Below are positions 38,305 through 47,783 of a stretch of 64,000 nt of DNA, piece by piece. The position numbers and the translations under genes were made by a program. Each line of letters opens with the position of its first letter. Position 1 is the first letter of the stretch. Below the pieces are notes generated by a model that was given only the letters and a program-made list of their open reading frames with translations, made no database searches and was not told the origin of the DNA. This DNA is from a bacterium (GTDB taxonomy: Bacteria; Electryoneota; JAOADG01). The stretch is from contig OY820579.1 of the NCBI GenBank assembly GCA_963681965.1, positions 32,001 to 96,000 of the forward strand, in the 5' to 3' direction.

Positions 38305-38865
38305 CTATTCTTCGATCATCGTCTTTAGTCTCGCTACCGCAAAGCTGAAATTCGCCTTCACGGAACCGACGGTTTTCCCGGTCAAACTCGCGATTTCCTG
38401 ATTGGAAAGTTCTTCTTCATGTCGCATAATAAATACCGAACGCTGTTTCGGCGACAATTTCTCCAATGCAGCCTTTAATTGAGCTTTTCGCTCTTTGAGC
38501 ATCACGATCTCATCGGGAATCGGATTATCACTCGGAACGTTCTGGAAAAGATCTTCGTCCTCGCCCCATTCGTCAGTGTTACGAAACACCGCCCACATTT
38601 TCCGACGCCGCATATGGTTCAGCGAAAGATTGTAGACAATCCTAAATACCCAGGATGAGAACGCACATTCGCTTCGAAACCGCGGCAGCTCTTCCCATGC
38701 TTTCAGAAAAGAATCCTGCACCACATCTTCCGCTTCCTGACGATTGCGTAGCAACCGGGTAGCGAGGATCAATGCGCGTTCGCGATGTGCAACCACCAAC
38801 CGATTGAAGGATTGCGTGTCGCCCGACACCGATGCGAGGATTAGTTCTGTTTCGTTCCGATTCAT
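38305..38865 (-). CDS. ECF sigma-70 factor
   Basis: GDTQSFNRLV, AEDVVQDSF, FSSWVFRIVYN, region 4 LSNQEIA...GSVK. Confidence 0.93.
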   Translation of the reverse strand: MNRNETELILASVSGDTQSFNRLVVAHRERALILATRLLRNRQEAEDVVQDSFLKAWEELPRFRSECAFSSWVFRIVYNLSLNHMRRRKMWAVFRNTDEWGEDEDLFQNVPSDNPIPDEIVMLKERKAQLKAALEKLSPKQRSVFIMRHEEELSNQEIASLTGKTVGSVKANFSFAVARLKTMIEE

Positions 38866-38879
38866 CGGTGAATATAAAG

Positions 38880-38895
38880 AGCAACTAATGTGCCA
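38880..38895 (-). promoter_or_regulatory. sigma-54 (-24/-12) promoter
   Basis: Minus strand TGGCAC-ATTAG-TTGCT, a full consensus match ending 14 bp before the ECF ATG; a sigma-54 activator gene is adjacent. Confidence 0.85.
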
Positions 38896-39026
38896 ATAAT
38901 CTTATGTTATTGTTTAATCACGCATTAGATATAAATCAATTACATATTTACGCAGTCTTCGACTTTTTCTACGAGAAATTGAGCTTTCAATCACGAGATA
39001 ACCGATTAGAAATACTCATTTCACCG

Positions 39027-40154
39027 CTAATCTTGACGCTTATTCCACTTTTGCAATCGATCGCGGATATTTTTCTCAGATATTCCCAGTCTTCTGGCGG
39101 CTTCACTCCGATTGCCATTGGAATCGACTAGCGCTTGCTCGATTAACTTGCGTTCGTACTCTTCCACCAACTCGAACAGATTTTTCGATGGTTCGAAAGG
39201 ATCGGGATTCGATTGCGATTTCCTCTCACTTTCGTCAATTTCAGCCCGATCAGGTTCAATTCGATCAGGAGCATTCACTGAAAGTGTAGTGTTTACCGTT
39301 TCACTTGGTTGATTAAATAGGACCTGATTCTCATCATTATTCTTAATTTCAGACGCTGAAACCGGGAGAATGACCGTTTTTTCGACCGAACCGGAAAATT
39401 GAGGCGGTAAATCCTCTTCATCAATTAAATTTTTTGTCGCTAGAATGACAGCATGCTCGATCGCGTTCTCTAATTCGCGGACATTTCCGGGCCAATCATA
39501 CCGCAAAATTCGCTGCCAAGCTGCCGGAGTCAATCCACGAATTGATTTCTCATTGCGTGTGTTGATGGTTCTGACAAAGAAATCAGTAAGGGGTCGGATG
39601 TCTCGTCTTCGAAATCTAAGTGGTGGAATTTTAATAACTACCACATTCAAACGATAAAAAAGATCCTCTCGGAAAGAACCTTCTCGAACCATTTCCGCCA
39701 AGTTGCGATGCGTAGCCGTAACAATCCGAACATCGACGTTGATCTCTTGCCGACCACCGACCCGATAAAAAGAGTGATCTTGCAGGAATCGGAGAAGTTT
39801 TACCTGAGTATTGGCAGGTAAATCGCCAATTTCATCAATAAACAGTGTCCCTTGGTGAGTTTCTTCGATGAGACCCTTGCGATCATGATCGGCGCCGGTA
39901 AAAGCACCTTTATCGTACCCGAAAAGTTCCGATTCCAACAAGGCTTCGGGGAGAGCGGCACAATTCACTGCGGTAAAAGGACATTTCGCTCGAAATGAAG
40001 AGGAGTGCAAGAGACGAGCAATTAATTCTTTGCCAGTTCCCGATTCACCTTGAATGAGAACGGTCGCAACAGTCGGAGCGACACGTTTGGCAATATTCAC
40101 GACCGATTCAAATTCACCGGATTCGTAAATAATATTTTTTTGCCAATCGCTCAT
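39027..40154 (-). CDS. sigma-54 enhancer-binding protein lacking an N-terminal sensor domain
   Basis: GESGTGKE near residue 36, ESELFG...[15 protein letters not shown]-terminal Fis-type HTH. Confidence 0.93.
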   Translation of the reverse strand: MSDWQKNIIYESGEFESVVNIAKRVAPTVATVLIQGESGTGKELIARLLHSSSFRAKCPFTAVNCAALPEALLESELFGYDKGAFTGADHDRKGLIEETHQGTLFIDEIGDLPANTQVKLLRFLQDHSFYRVGGRQEINVDVRIVTATHRNLAEMVREGSFREDLFYRLNVVVIKIPPLRFRRRDIRPLTDFFVRTINTRNEKSIRGLTPAAWQRILRYDWPGNVRELENAIEHAVILATKNLIDEEDLPPQFSGSVEKTVILPVSASEIKNNDENQVLFNQPSETVNTTLSVNAPDRIEPDRAEIDESERKSQSNPDPFEPSKNLFELVEEYERKLIEQALVDSNGNRSEAARRLGISEKNIRDRLQKWNKRQD

Positions 40155-40251
40155 CTTGAATTCAATCTCAAATCTTTCAGCACCTTACACCATTCGTAGA
40201 TTTCGTCGAGATAAGATACTGAGAGCAGCGATTGCAATCCAAGAGTAAAAA

Positions 40252-41049
40252 TTAATTTCTCTTATTCGAGGTGATTCCTATCATTCGGAACAGTTCCCAA
40301 GCGATTTCTTTGGCTTTTTGTCCATAGGCATGATCAGGTGCCCTAATTGTAAATGCAAATACATAAATTTTAGTATCTTGCTCGATCCATCCAACATATC
40401 GACCCATCACCGATTTTCCATCGATCATTTGCGAGCCGGTTTTCCCGTGAAGGATATATGAATTCGTCGAGTCTTGGATCGTGATTGCTTTAACGATGTC
40501 AGTTGAGCGCTTGGAAAATGGGAGTTGATTTCGTGTTAACTCGGTGAGAAATTCGATTTGTTGCCAATCGGAGATCAGTATAGAACCCTTCGATAGCCAG
40601 AAGCGATCAATTCCTGCCGAAATATCGCGGTTTCCATAATGAATTGTATCAAGATATGCCTGCATTCGTGTTTTACCGATGCGGCGAGCTAATTCTTGAT
40701 AGAACCAAACTACCGAATTTTGAATTGCTGTCCGCAGACAATGGTCGTGATTCCAAGAAGTTATGTTATCGGAAACGCCATTCCACTTGATAATTTCTTC
40801 GGGATCGGCAATTGCTCCCGCTTCGAGTGCAAAGATTGAATTGGGGATTTTGAAAGTTGAACAAGGTAGATGGGGTATCGAGCAGCCGGATGCATTCAAC
40901 ACCAGTGTATCGCCGGATGTCAGCTCGACAATCGCACCAGAGGCAGTATAACCATTGAAAAGAGTATCGGTTTTCAGCTCCGAGACCGCATAAACCGAAG
41001 AGGAAATTACGAATAAAAGTCCAATCGAACTGATAAGCAATCGATTCAT
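40252..41049 (-). CDS. Class D beta-lactamase / OXA-like serine enzyme
   Basis: STFK, SVVW, YGN, FWL, KTG; signal peptide. Confidence 0.88.
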   Translation of the reverse strand: MNRLLISSIGLLFVISSSVYAVSELKTDTLFNGYTASGAIVELTSGDTLVLNASGCSIPHLPCSTFKIPNSIFALEAGAIADPEEIIKWNGVSDNITSWNHDHCLRTAIQNSVVWFYQELARRIGKTRMQAYLDTIHYGNRDISAGIDRFWLSKGSILISDWQQIEFLTELTRNQLPFSKRSTDIVKAITIQDSTNSYILHGKTGSQMIDGKSVMGRYVGWIEQDTKIYVFAFTIRAPDHAYGQKAKEIAWELFRMIGITSNKRN

Positions 41050-41125
41050 GGCTATTCTCAGCAGTTTGGTGGATCGAATTAGATTCGAATAGAAGAGTGA
41101 ATCATGAATCAGAAGGCGAACGTGA

Positions 41126-41794
41126 TTATGCTTCTTTTTTCACCCAGATCCAGAAAATAAAACAGGTTTTTAGCGATTGTTTCCGCTTAAATTCAAACTT
41201 CGTCAACCAATCCAACGGAATTACTGGCGAAAAGGCATAATGTGACCGGATGTCGACGATTCGGAATTTCGCTTTGAAATAATCAATAATCACAGGATTG
41301 GACAACACGTTGTTCCAATAACTGTGCCAGCGGTGAATATATCGGCGATATATTCTGACGAGACAGTTACCGCTTCCGGTTTCGATAAATAAGCCTTGCC
41401 CATTGGGTTTTAACAACCGATGGATTTGCGCTACCCATTGTTGATAAACCTCACGGTCTTTGATGTGGTAGAGTACGCTTTTCGTGACGATGATATCAAA
41501 TTGATCTTGTAATTGGAATAAATCGCCAACAATAAACGAACATTTATCGGCAACTCCGGCATTCTTCACATACTCTATCGCATTTTCCCTGCAGGTCGCT
41601 TCACTCTCGATACCAACCACCTCGGCACCAAGATTCGCAAGCAGTGCCGCAAATCGCCCTTTACCGTAACCAATTTCCAAAACCCGCTTACCTCGAAAAA
41701 AATCCGGACCGACAGCTTCTAATGCTTCATTCAGCACCGGTCCCCAGAATTTGACACGCCATTCGGCAGCTTCTTCGATTAAACGGTAATCCAT
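41126..41794 (-). CDS. Class I SAM-dependent methyltransferase
   Basis: VLEIGYGKG, FDII, LLKPNG. Confidence 0.88.
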   Translation of the reverse strand: MDYRLIEEAAEWRVKFWGPVLNEALEAVGPDFFRGKRVLEIGYGKGRFAALLANLGAEVVGIESEATCRENAIEYVKNAGVADKCSFIVGDLFQLQDQFDIIVTKSVLYHIKDREVYQQWVAQIHRLLKPNGQGLFIETGSGNCLVRIYRRYIHRWHSYWNNVLSNPVIIDYFKAKFRIVDIRSHYAFSPVIPLDWLTKFEFKRKQSLKTCFIFWIWVKKEA

Positions 41795-41939
41795 TATGTA
41801 CCCTTTTGTTGTTACGTTTGACTAGGAAATTACTAATTAATCAATATCCAAACAAGCATACTGAGTGGTTAATATGCGCGATCTAGCTGAACTAACCTAA
41901 AGAGCATTTTTGGAGGTGCTTTTCCGTCTTCGTATACTT

Positions 41940-42053
41940 TAGTGGTTCTTGAAAATAAGTTGTTATAATTCGGTGTCAGGCTTCGCCTGACCTGCGGGCA
42001 GACACGGGGGTCAGCCCCTACTACCGATAACAACTTATTTTCAAGAGATACTA
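41940..42053. mobile_element. 114-bp MITE-like element with terminal inverted repeats carrying a GTAG-type REP
   Basis: 27-bp TIR with perfect core tcttgaaaataagttgttat / ataacaacttattttcaaga; inner hairpins gtcaggc-ttc-gcctgac and gggc...gccc-ctac; near-identical copy at 52869. Confidence 0.8.
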
Positions 42054-42077
42054 TTTAGCGATATTTTGAGGTGTATT

Positions 42078-43001
42078 GTGAGCGATCAAGTCAATGTAGC
42101 GGGGCGTTCAGACGAGTCTCGCGAAGTAGGATCCTGGAAAGTGAAAGTCGGTTTAGCAGAGATGCTAAAGGGTGGCGTGATTATGGATGTCACGACCGCC
42201 GAGCAAGCAAAACTAGCCGAAAAAGCGGGTGCATCGGCAGTCATGGCACTGGAACGCATTCCCGCAGATATTCGTGTTCAAGGTGGCGTAGCCCGGATGT
42301 CGGATCCGAAGTTGATCCAAGAAATTCAAGCAGCAGTGACCATCCCGGTAATGGCAAAATGCCGGATTGGACATATTACCGAGGCTCGGATCCTGGAAGC
42401 GTTGGCAATCGATTTCATCGACGAATCAGAAGTCTTGACCCCAGCCGACGAGCAGTATCATATCTGGAAACACGATTTTAAAGCACCATTTGTGTGCGGA
42501 TGTCGAAATTTGGGCGAAGCGTTGCGCAGAATCGGCGAAGGCGCTGCCATGATTCGCACCAAAGGGGAAGCTGGCACCGGCAATGTGGTCGAGGCGGTTC
42601 GGCACATGCGATCTGTGACCGAAGAGATGAAACGGTTACAAGGACTTCCGCCGGAAGCCTTGATGGCGGCAGCGAAAAATCTTGGCGCACCATTCGATCT
42701 CGTGCAATATGTTGCGGAACACGGCAAATTACCGGTACCGAATTTTGCTGCCGGTGGCGTAGCCACCCCAGCCGATGCAGCGCTGATGCGTACCCTCGGT
42801 GCCGAAGCAGTTTTTGTCGGCAGCGGCATCTTCAAATCGACTGATCCATTGGCACGGGCAGAGGCAATCGTTCGAGCGACTACTTATTGGGACGATCCCA
42901 AAGTGCTTTTGGAAGTCTCAACCGGTCTCGGTGAGCCGATGAAGGGTTTGTCCATGGAGCAAATTCCCGAGAGCGATCGCCTCGCCGGTCGCGGCTGGTA
43001 A
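42078..43001 (+). CDS. pdxS: Pyridoxal 5'-phosphate synthase lyase subunit
   Basis: [44 protein letters not shown]-terminal RGW. Confidence 0.97.
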   Translation: MSDQVNVAGRSDESREVGSWKVKVGLAEMLKGGVIMDVTTAEQAKLAEKAGASAVMALERIPADIRVQGGVARMSDPKLIQEIQAAVTIPVMAKCRIGHITEARILEALAIDFIDESEVLTPADEQYHIWKHDFKAPFVCGCRNLGEALRRIGEGAAMIRTKGEAGTGNVVEAVRHMRSVTEEMKRLQGLPPEALMAAAKNLGAPFDLVQYVAEHGKLPVPNFAAGGVATPADAALMRTLGAEAVFVGSGIFKSTDPLARAEAIVRATTYWDDPKVLLEVSTGLGEPMKGLSMEQIPESDRLAGRGW

Positions 43002-43017
43002 AATTCTCGCAAGTAAG

Positions 43018-43049
43018 AAAAAAGAGGCACGAATGTGCCTCTTTTTTTT
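43018..43049 (+). terminator. pdxS terminator
   Basis: aaaaaagaggcac-gaat-gtgcctctttttttt. Confidence 0.9.
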
Positions 43050-43160
43050 ATTCAATCACTACCATTCAAATTCTCGTTGTGAAAGAATCGATTTATTGAT
43101 AGTTTATCTCGAATAATAACTCAAGTAACGGTATCGCAATGACGAAGACACTTATGGATA

Positions 43161-43295
43161 GTAGGATGAGTGCCCCCTGCTCGAGGATCGAGGCGTGAGT
43201 TACACCCTCGTTCCAATTATCGAGAGCATTCGCGCTATAGGTATTCCTCCTGCACGACTACCCCTTAGCGATGAAAGTCGTTAGGGGGTTTTTAT
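43161..43295 (+). ncRNA. Candidate orphan structured small RNA with its own terminator
   Basis: Four nested stems at 43161-43253 with G-U pairs favouring the + strand, then accccttagcga/tcgttagggggt plus T-run; no family recognised. Confidence 0.5.
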
Positions 43296-43313
43296 TGGAT
43301 GTAACCTATCGAC

Positions 43314-43347
43314 AAAAATCAAGGGATGCGAGATGCACCCCTTGAAA
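43314..43347 (-). terminator. Terminator of the large histidine kinase gene
   Basis: Minus strand tcaagggtgc-atctc-gcatcccttga-ttttt. Confidence 0.65.
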
Positions 43348-43401
43348 ACAAATACCCGTCTTAATTGGAGATAAATTCGATCCGGAATTATCGAATAATT
43401 G

Positions 43402-46400
43402 CTAGCTCTTAATCGAAGCGAGTGCTTTCCGAATTAATTCACCCATTTCGTTGATCTTGTACGGTTTTACCGCAACGGCAATAAATCCGAAATCGCGGTA
43501 ATTCGCAATGACCGGATCAGTCGAGTATCCACTGGAAACGATCGCTTTGACAGCAGGATTAATTTCGCGCAACATTTTCAATGTTTCCAAACCACCGACA
43601 CCGCCCGGGATCGTCAAATCCATAATCACGAGATCGAAAGTCCGGTTTTCGGCGATCGCTTTTTGGTATTCTTCGACAGTTTGCCGCCCATCTTCCGTGA
43701 TTGTCACCTCGTACCCGAAGTGCTTCAATCCCCGTTCCAGAACCGATCTAACGATATCATCGTCGTCTAAAACTAAAATCCGACCTTTTCCTTTGATATT
43801 GTTGATATCGAGTGATTGCGAAGCTTCAATGTTCGAATTTGCGCTCGCTACCGGCAAATAGACGGTAAAAGTGCTGCCGACCTTTTCCTGCGAACTAACT
43901 TCGATCGCACCGGAATGATATTTTACGATCGAGTAGGTAGTTGCAAGTCCAAGTCCGGAGCCACTCTCTTTCGTAGTGAAATAGGGATCGAAAATCTTGT
44001 CGATCTGCGTCGATGGAATGCCAATTCCGGTATCGATCACCTCGATCCGGATATAATGATCACCCTCAAGTGTGACTGGTAGTGCGTGCTCGCGCCTCGA
44101 TACGTTCTTTGCACGAATAATAATCGATCCGCCTTTCGGCATCGCTTGATCGGCATTAATCACAAGATTCTGGAATACTTGACTTATTTGCCCGGCATCA
44201 ATTTCCACCGTCCACAAATCAGCAGGAAGTTCGAATTTGCAGGTCGATTTCGATCCGCGAAGAGCAAACTCGACGGTATCGATCAGAATATCTTTAATCG
44301 CCTGCGATTTTCGGATCGGTGTTCCGCCTTTGGCGAACATCAACAATTGTTGCGTAAGATCTTTGGCGCGCAACGCGGATTTCTCCGCTTCGGCAAGCAA
44401 TTTGATGGTTTCATCTCGAGCATCAGGAAACATTCTAACAAACGAAATACTTCCAACAACACCGGTAAGCAGATTGTTAAAGTCGTGTGCTATTCCTCCG
44501 GCAAGGATACTGAGCGATTCCAATTTCGCAGATCGTTGCAACTCCTCTTGTACTTTCTTTTCGGATGTGACATCGCGGAAAACCAGTACGACACCAATTA
44601 CCACGCTATTGGCATCGAAAATCGGTGCTCCGGAATCGGCGATCACATATTCATTCCCATTGCGAGAAAGTAATTTGGTATGGTTTGCCAGACCGACGAT
44701 TTTCTTTGTTCGGAGGACAGCATCGACAGGACTTTCCAGCGGTTTGCGAGAATTGATATCGACGATCACAAAAATATCGTGTAACGGTTTTCCCAGCGCT
44801 TCCTCTTGTGTCCACCCGGTCAATTTTTCAGCCACTCGATTCAATAGCGAAACCCGACCAGCCCGATCGGTTGTGATGACACCATCGCCAATACTGCGGA
44901 GTGTCACTGCCAGTCGCTCTTTCTCTTCCTGCAAAGCCATACGATTCATCATACCATCGGTCACATCCCCGATCGTTCCGAGCAATCGAATCGGGAGTCC
45001 ATCGATGTTACGTTCGATAATTGATGAATTTTCCAGGCAGAGATATCCACCATCTTTTTTTCGAACCCGATAGGTTGCTTCGAAGAATTTATTGGAAGAA
45101 TCGACTGATTCAGCGACCTGTCTTTTCACAGAATCGAAATCGGAGGGGTGTATCCAGCTAATCCAAGTCTGAATCGTATTATCAAAATCCTCTGCATCAT
45201 ACCCAAGCATCGATAAAATGTTCTCATCGATGAAAAGCTGCCCGGAAATCGGATCCAGTTCGGAAATACCGACTTTTCCAGCCAAGGTTGCCATTTTGTA
45301 GCGAGCGGCAATTTCTTGAAGTCGCTCTTGCGTCTGCTTCAAAGCTGTCACATCGACATCGAGACAGAAAATTTCCTTGACAACCCCATCTTGAAGGACT
45401 GGGAACATCGATGAATATACCCAGACCCGTTCTCCAGATGAAGCGATCGTCGACCATTCCGATGGCTCTGTCGGTTTTCCACTGTTCCAAATACTATCGA
45501 TTGTCTCTAAAAAAACCGATTTATCGACGTCGGTGGTCAAGATTACATCTTGAATTTTCTTACCAATGACTCCTTCTTTTGGCTGCCCGTACAAAGTCTC
45601 GGACTTAGAATTCCAATGAATAATCGTTCCATCGCGATCATATCCCTGGATCGCAATCATAGGATTGTTTTCGATGATATTATCGAAGCTTTCACGAGTA
45701 TCGCGGATTAATTTATCGGCTTGGATTATTTGGGTGATATCTTTACTGACAAACAGCAGAAACTTTTCCTGTTCATAGTTTTCGAACATATCCGCCGAAC
45801 AAAGAAACGTTCTCACTTCTCCCGATTTGGTTCGATATTCTCTGATAGCGGTATTTAACTTGGGGTTTTCGAGCAGATAGGCAATCACGCGATTTCTTTC
45901 CGCTTGATCTTCGTAGAAGAAATCCGAAGCCAACCTACCAACCAACTCTTCGCGGCTATAGCCCGATACTCGAACGAACTCCTCGTTGACATCGACAAAT
46001 ATGCCATCGGTCATCGATGAGATTGTGACGGCATTCGGGTTATTATTGAACGCACTGGAAAATTTCAGTTCGGAAGCTTGCAGCATCCGTTCCATCCGTT
46101 TTCGTTTGGAAATATCTTGAAATGCCAGCAAGACGTGCCAATCGGATTGTATGGAATATGTCAATTGAAGATCGACAATCGTGGGTTTTTTCGAAAACCG
46201 GATTCGTGTTTCTTCTTCAATCACCAAATTTCCATTACCCAATTTCATTATCGCATTCGACATCGATTTTCGAAATTCTTCGGTCGAGAACGATTCAGGA
46301 TGCAATTTCGCTTGTTCTTTCGAATTCAATTCGAGAAGATTCAATGCCGCACGATTAATTCCGACAATTTTAATTTTCTCAATCATCGGCACGAGCGGCG

Positions 46401-47460
46401 TATAATCCTGAGTTAGATCCCAGCTCTCAAGTTGTCGGCAAAATTGCGGCAAAGACGATTTGAACGGGATCAATTCCGATGCATCGATCTCCATCATCGG
46501 GATTGGCGAGTCTTCGAACAAATGACGAAAACGAATTTCCCGATTTCTCAATTCCGCATGATTCTGCATCCGATCAGTTATGTCGCGGATGGTTGCCTGA
46601 ACGATGTTTTCACCGTCAATATCGATCGCATGCAAACTAATTTCCGTGTCGATTTGCTTACCGGATTTGGATTGATAAATCCATTCGAATACCGGTCGCT
46701 CTCCCGCATTTGCCACAAATAAATATTTATCAACTAGCGATTTTGAAGAAATTCCGTTTGCCTGAGTTTCGGGCGAAAAGTCGATCGGTGATTTGCCAAG
46801 AAAATCATCGCGACTGAAACCCATTAATTTTTCGGTGAGAAAATTGCAATCGCAAAAATAGCCGTCTTTCAATAACATGATAGCATCGTTGGCATTTTCA
46901 AACAGCAATCGATATTTTCGTTCACTCGTTTGTAATTGCAATTCAGCCAGTTTTCGTTGGGTAATATCTGTACGGGTACCAATAATTCGAATCGGATCAC
47001 CCGAAGGTTCGCGTTCGACAATATTCCCTTGCGAGAGCACCCACATCCAAGCGCCATCGCGTTTTTTTAAGCGGTATTCCGATCGGTATTCCGAAGCCGA
47101 ACCGTTAATGTAAGCGTTCAGATCACTCTGCATTCGCAGCAGATCATCCGGGTGAATCAGTACTCGCCACCGTGTATACAAGCGATTGAACTCATCCGGG
47201 TCGTATCCCAACATTTCTGCCCAATGAACGTTGATCGAATCCCCGGTTCTTCGATTCCAATCCCATACCGCTTGATTTGCACTTTCCAGAGCAAGCTGCA
47301 ATTGTTGTTCGCGCTTGCGCAATATGTCGAATACCGCTTTGGTCTCGTCTGTTTCCGACGGGAGATTCGTCATCCCATTAATTAATGCAAGCGCTATTTG
47401 AAAATCCGCTTCGGATTTGCAGGTAGCTCGAAGTTCTTTCATCAATTGCGAGGATAACAT
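43402..47460 (-). CDS. Multi-PAS cytoplasmic hybrid histidine kinase (about 7 PAS/PAC units, receiver domain)
   Basis: Repeated PAS/PAC units; GGIAHDFNNLL, NLVINADQAM, DPYFTTK, MDLTIPGG. Confidence 0.95.
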   Translation of the reverse strand: MLSSQLMKELRATCKSEADFQIALALINGMTNLPSETDETKAVFDILRKREQQLQLALESANQAVWDWNRRTGDSINVHWAEMLGYDPDEFNRLYTRWRVLIHPDDLLRMQSDLNAYINGSASEYRSEYRLKKRDGAWMWVLSQGNIVEREPSGDPIRIIGTRTDITQRKLAELQLQTSERKYRLLFENANDAIMLLKDGYFCDCNFLTEKLMGFSRDDFLGKSPIDFSPETQANGISSKSLVDKYLFVANAGERPVFEWIYQSKSGKQIDTEISLHAIDIDGENIVQATIRDITDRMQNHAELRNREIRFRHLFEDSPIPMMEIDASELIPFKSSLPQFCRQLESWDLTQDYTPLVPMIEKIKIVGINRAALNLLELNSKEQAKLHPESFSTEEFRKSMSNAIMKLGNGNLVIEEETRIRFSKKPTIVDLQLTYSIQSDWHVLLAFQDISKRKRMERMLQASELKFSSAFNNNPNAVTISSMTDGIFVDVNEEFVRVSGYSREELVGRLASDFFYEDQAERNRVIAYLLENPKLNTAIREYRTKSGEVRTFLCSADMFENYEQEKFLLFVSKDITQIIQADKLIRDTRESFDNIIENNPMIAIQGYDRDGTIIHWNSKSETLYGQPKEGVIGKKIQDVILTTDVDKSVFLETIDSIWNSGKPTEPSEWSTIASSGERVWVYSSMFPVLQDGVVKEIFCLDVDVTALKQTQERLQEIAARYKMATLAGKVGISELDPISGQLFIDENILSMLGYDAEDFDNTIQTWISWIHPSDFDSVKRQVAESVDSSNKFFEATYRVRKKDGGYLCLENSSIIERNIDGLPIRLLGTIGDVTDGMMNRMALQEEKERLAVTLRSIGDGVITTDRAGRVSLLNRVAEKLTGWTQEEALGKPLHDIFVIVDINSRKPLESPVDAVLRTKKIVGLANHTKLLSRNGNEYVIADSGAPIFDANSVVIGVVLVFRDVTSEKKVQEELQRSAKLESLSILAGGIAHDFNNLLTGVVGSISFVRMFPDARDETIKLLAEAEKSALRAKDLTQQLLMFAKGGTPIRKSQAIKDILIDTVEFALRGSKSTCKFELPADLWTVEIDAGQISQVFQNLVINADQAMPKGGSIIIRAKNVSRREHALPVTLEGDHYIRIEVIDTGIGIPSTQIDKIFDPYFTTKESGSGLGLATTYSIVKYHSGAIEVSSQEKVGSTFTVYLPVASANSNIEASQSLDINNIKGKGRILVLDDDDIVRSVLERGLKHFGYEVTITEDGRQTVEEYQKAIAENRTFDLVIMDLTIPGGVGGLETLKMLREINPAVKAIVSSGYSTDPVIANYRDFGFIAVAVKPYKINEMGELIRKALASIKS

Positions 47461-47783
47461 TCATTTCCTCCCGATCGATCGCGTAGCGCTATCAATCGCA
47501 ATTTCCAGTCGCATGTGAGCCGGTGGCATCTTTTAACATCCGAGTATTTATCGATGTATGATGGATGATTAAGCGATTTGTGATCTATTCGAGCAATATA
47601 TGAAAAAAAGCTCAAACGCTCTCATAGTCTTCACATACTTAACAAACTTTTAGCGTAAAATGGTCATCATCCGATTCTTTCGAATACTCACCGATTTTGC
47701 TATAACACGCGAGTATTTTTCAAGTAATACAAAAAACGATGCAAACAAATGTTTGCATCGTTTCGAAATCGGTCAGGATTTCA

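Noticed and set aside
40252-43001. OXA-like enzyme, methyltransferase and pdxS as part of the RRE cluster
   Set aside because: Separated by intergenic gaps and a repeat element; nothing beyond proximity links them, and there is no mobile resistance context.
43168-43245. TPP or SAH riboswitch, SRP RNA, or integron attC site
   Set aside because: GGCGTGAGTTACACCC resembles TPP only superficially and the AACCTGAT core is absent; no SRP CAGG/AGCAG motif; no RYYYAAC/GTTRRRY pair; no downstream gene on that strand.
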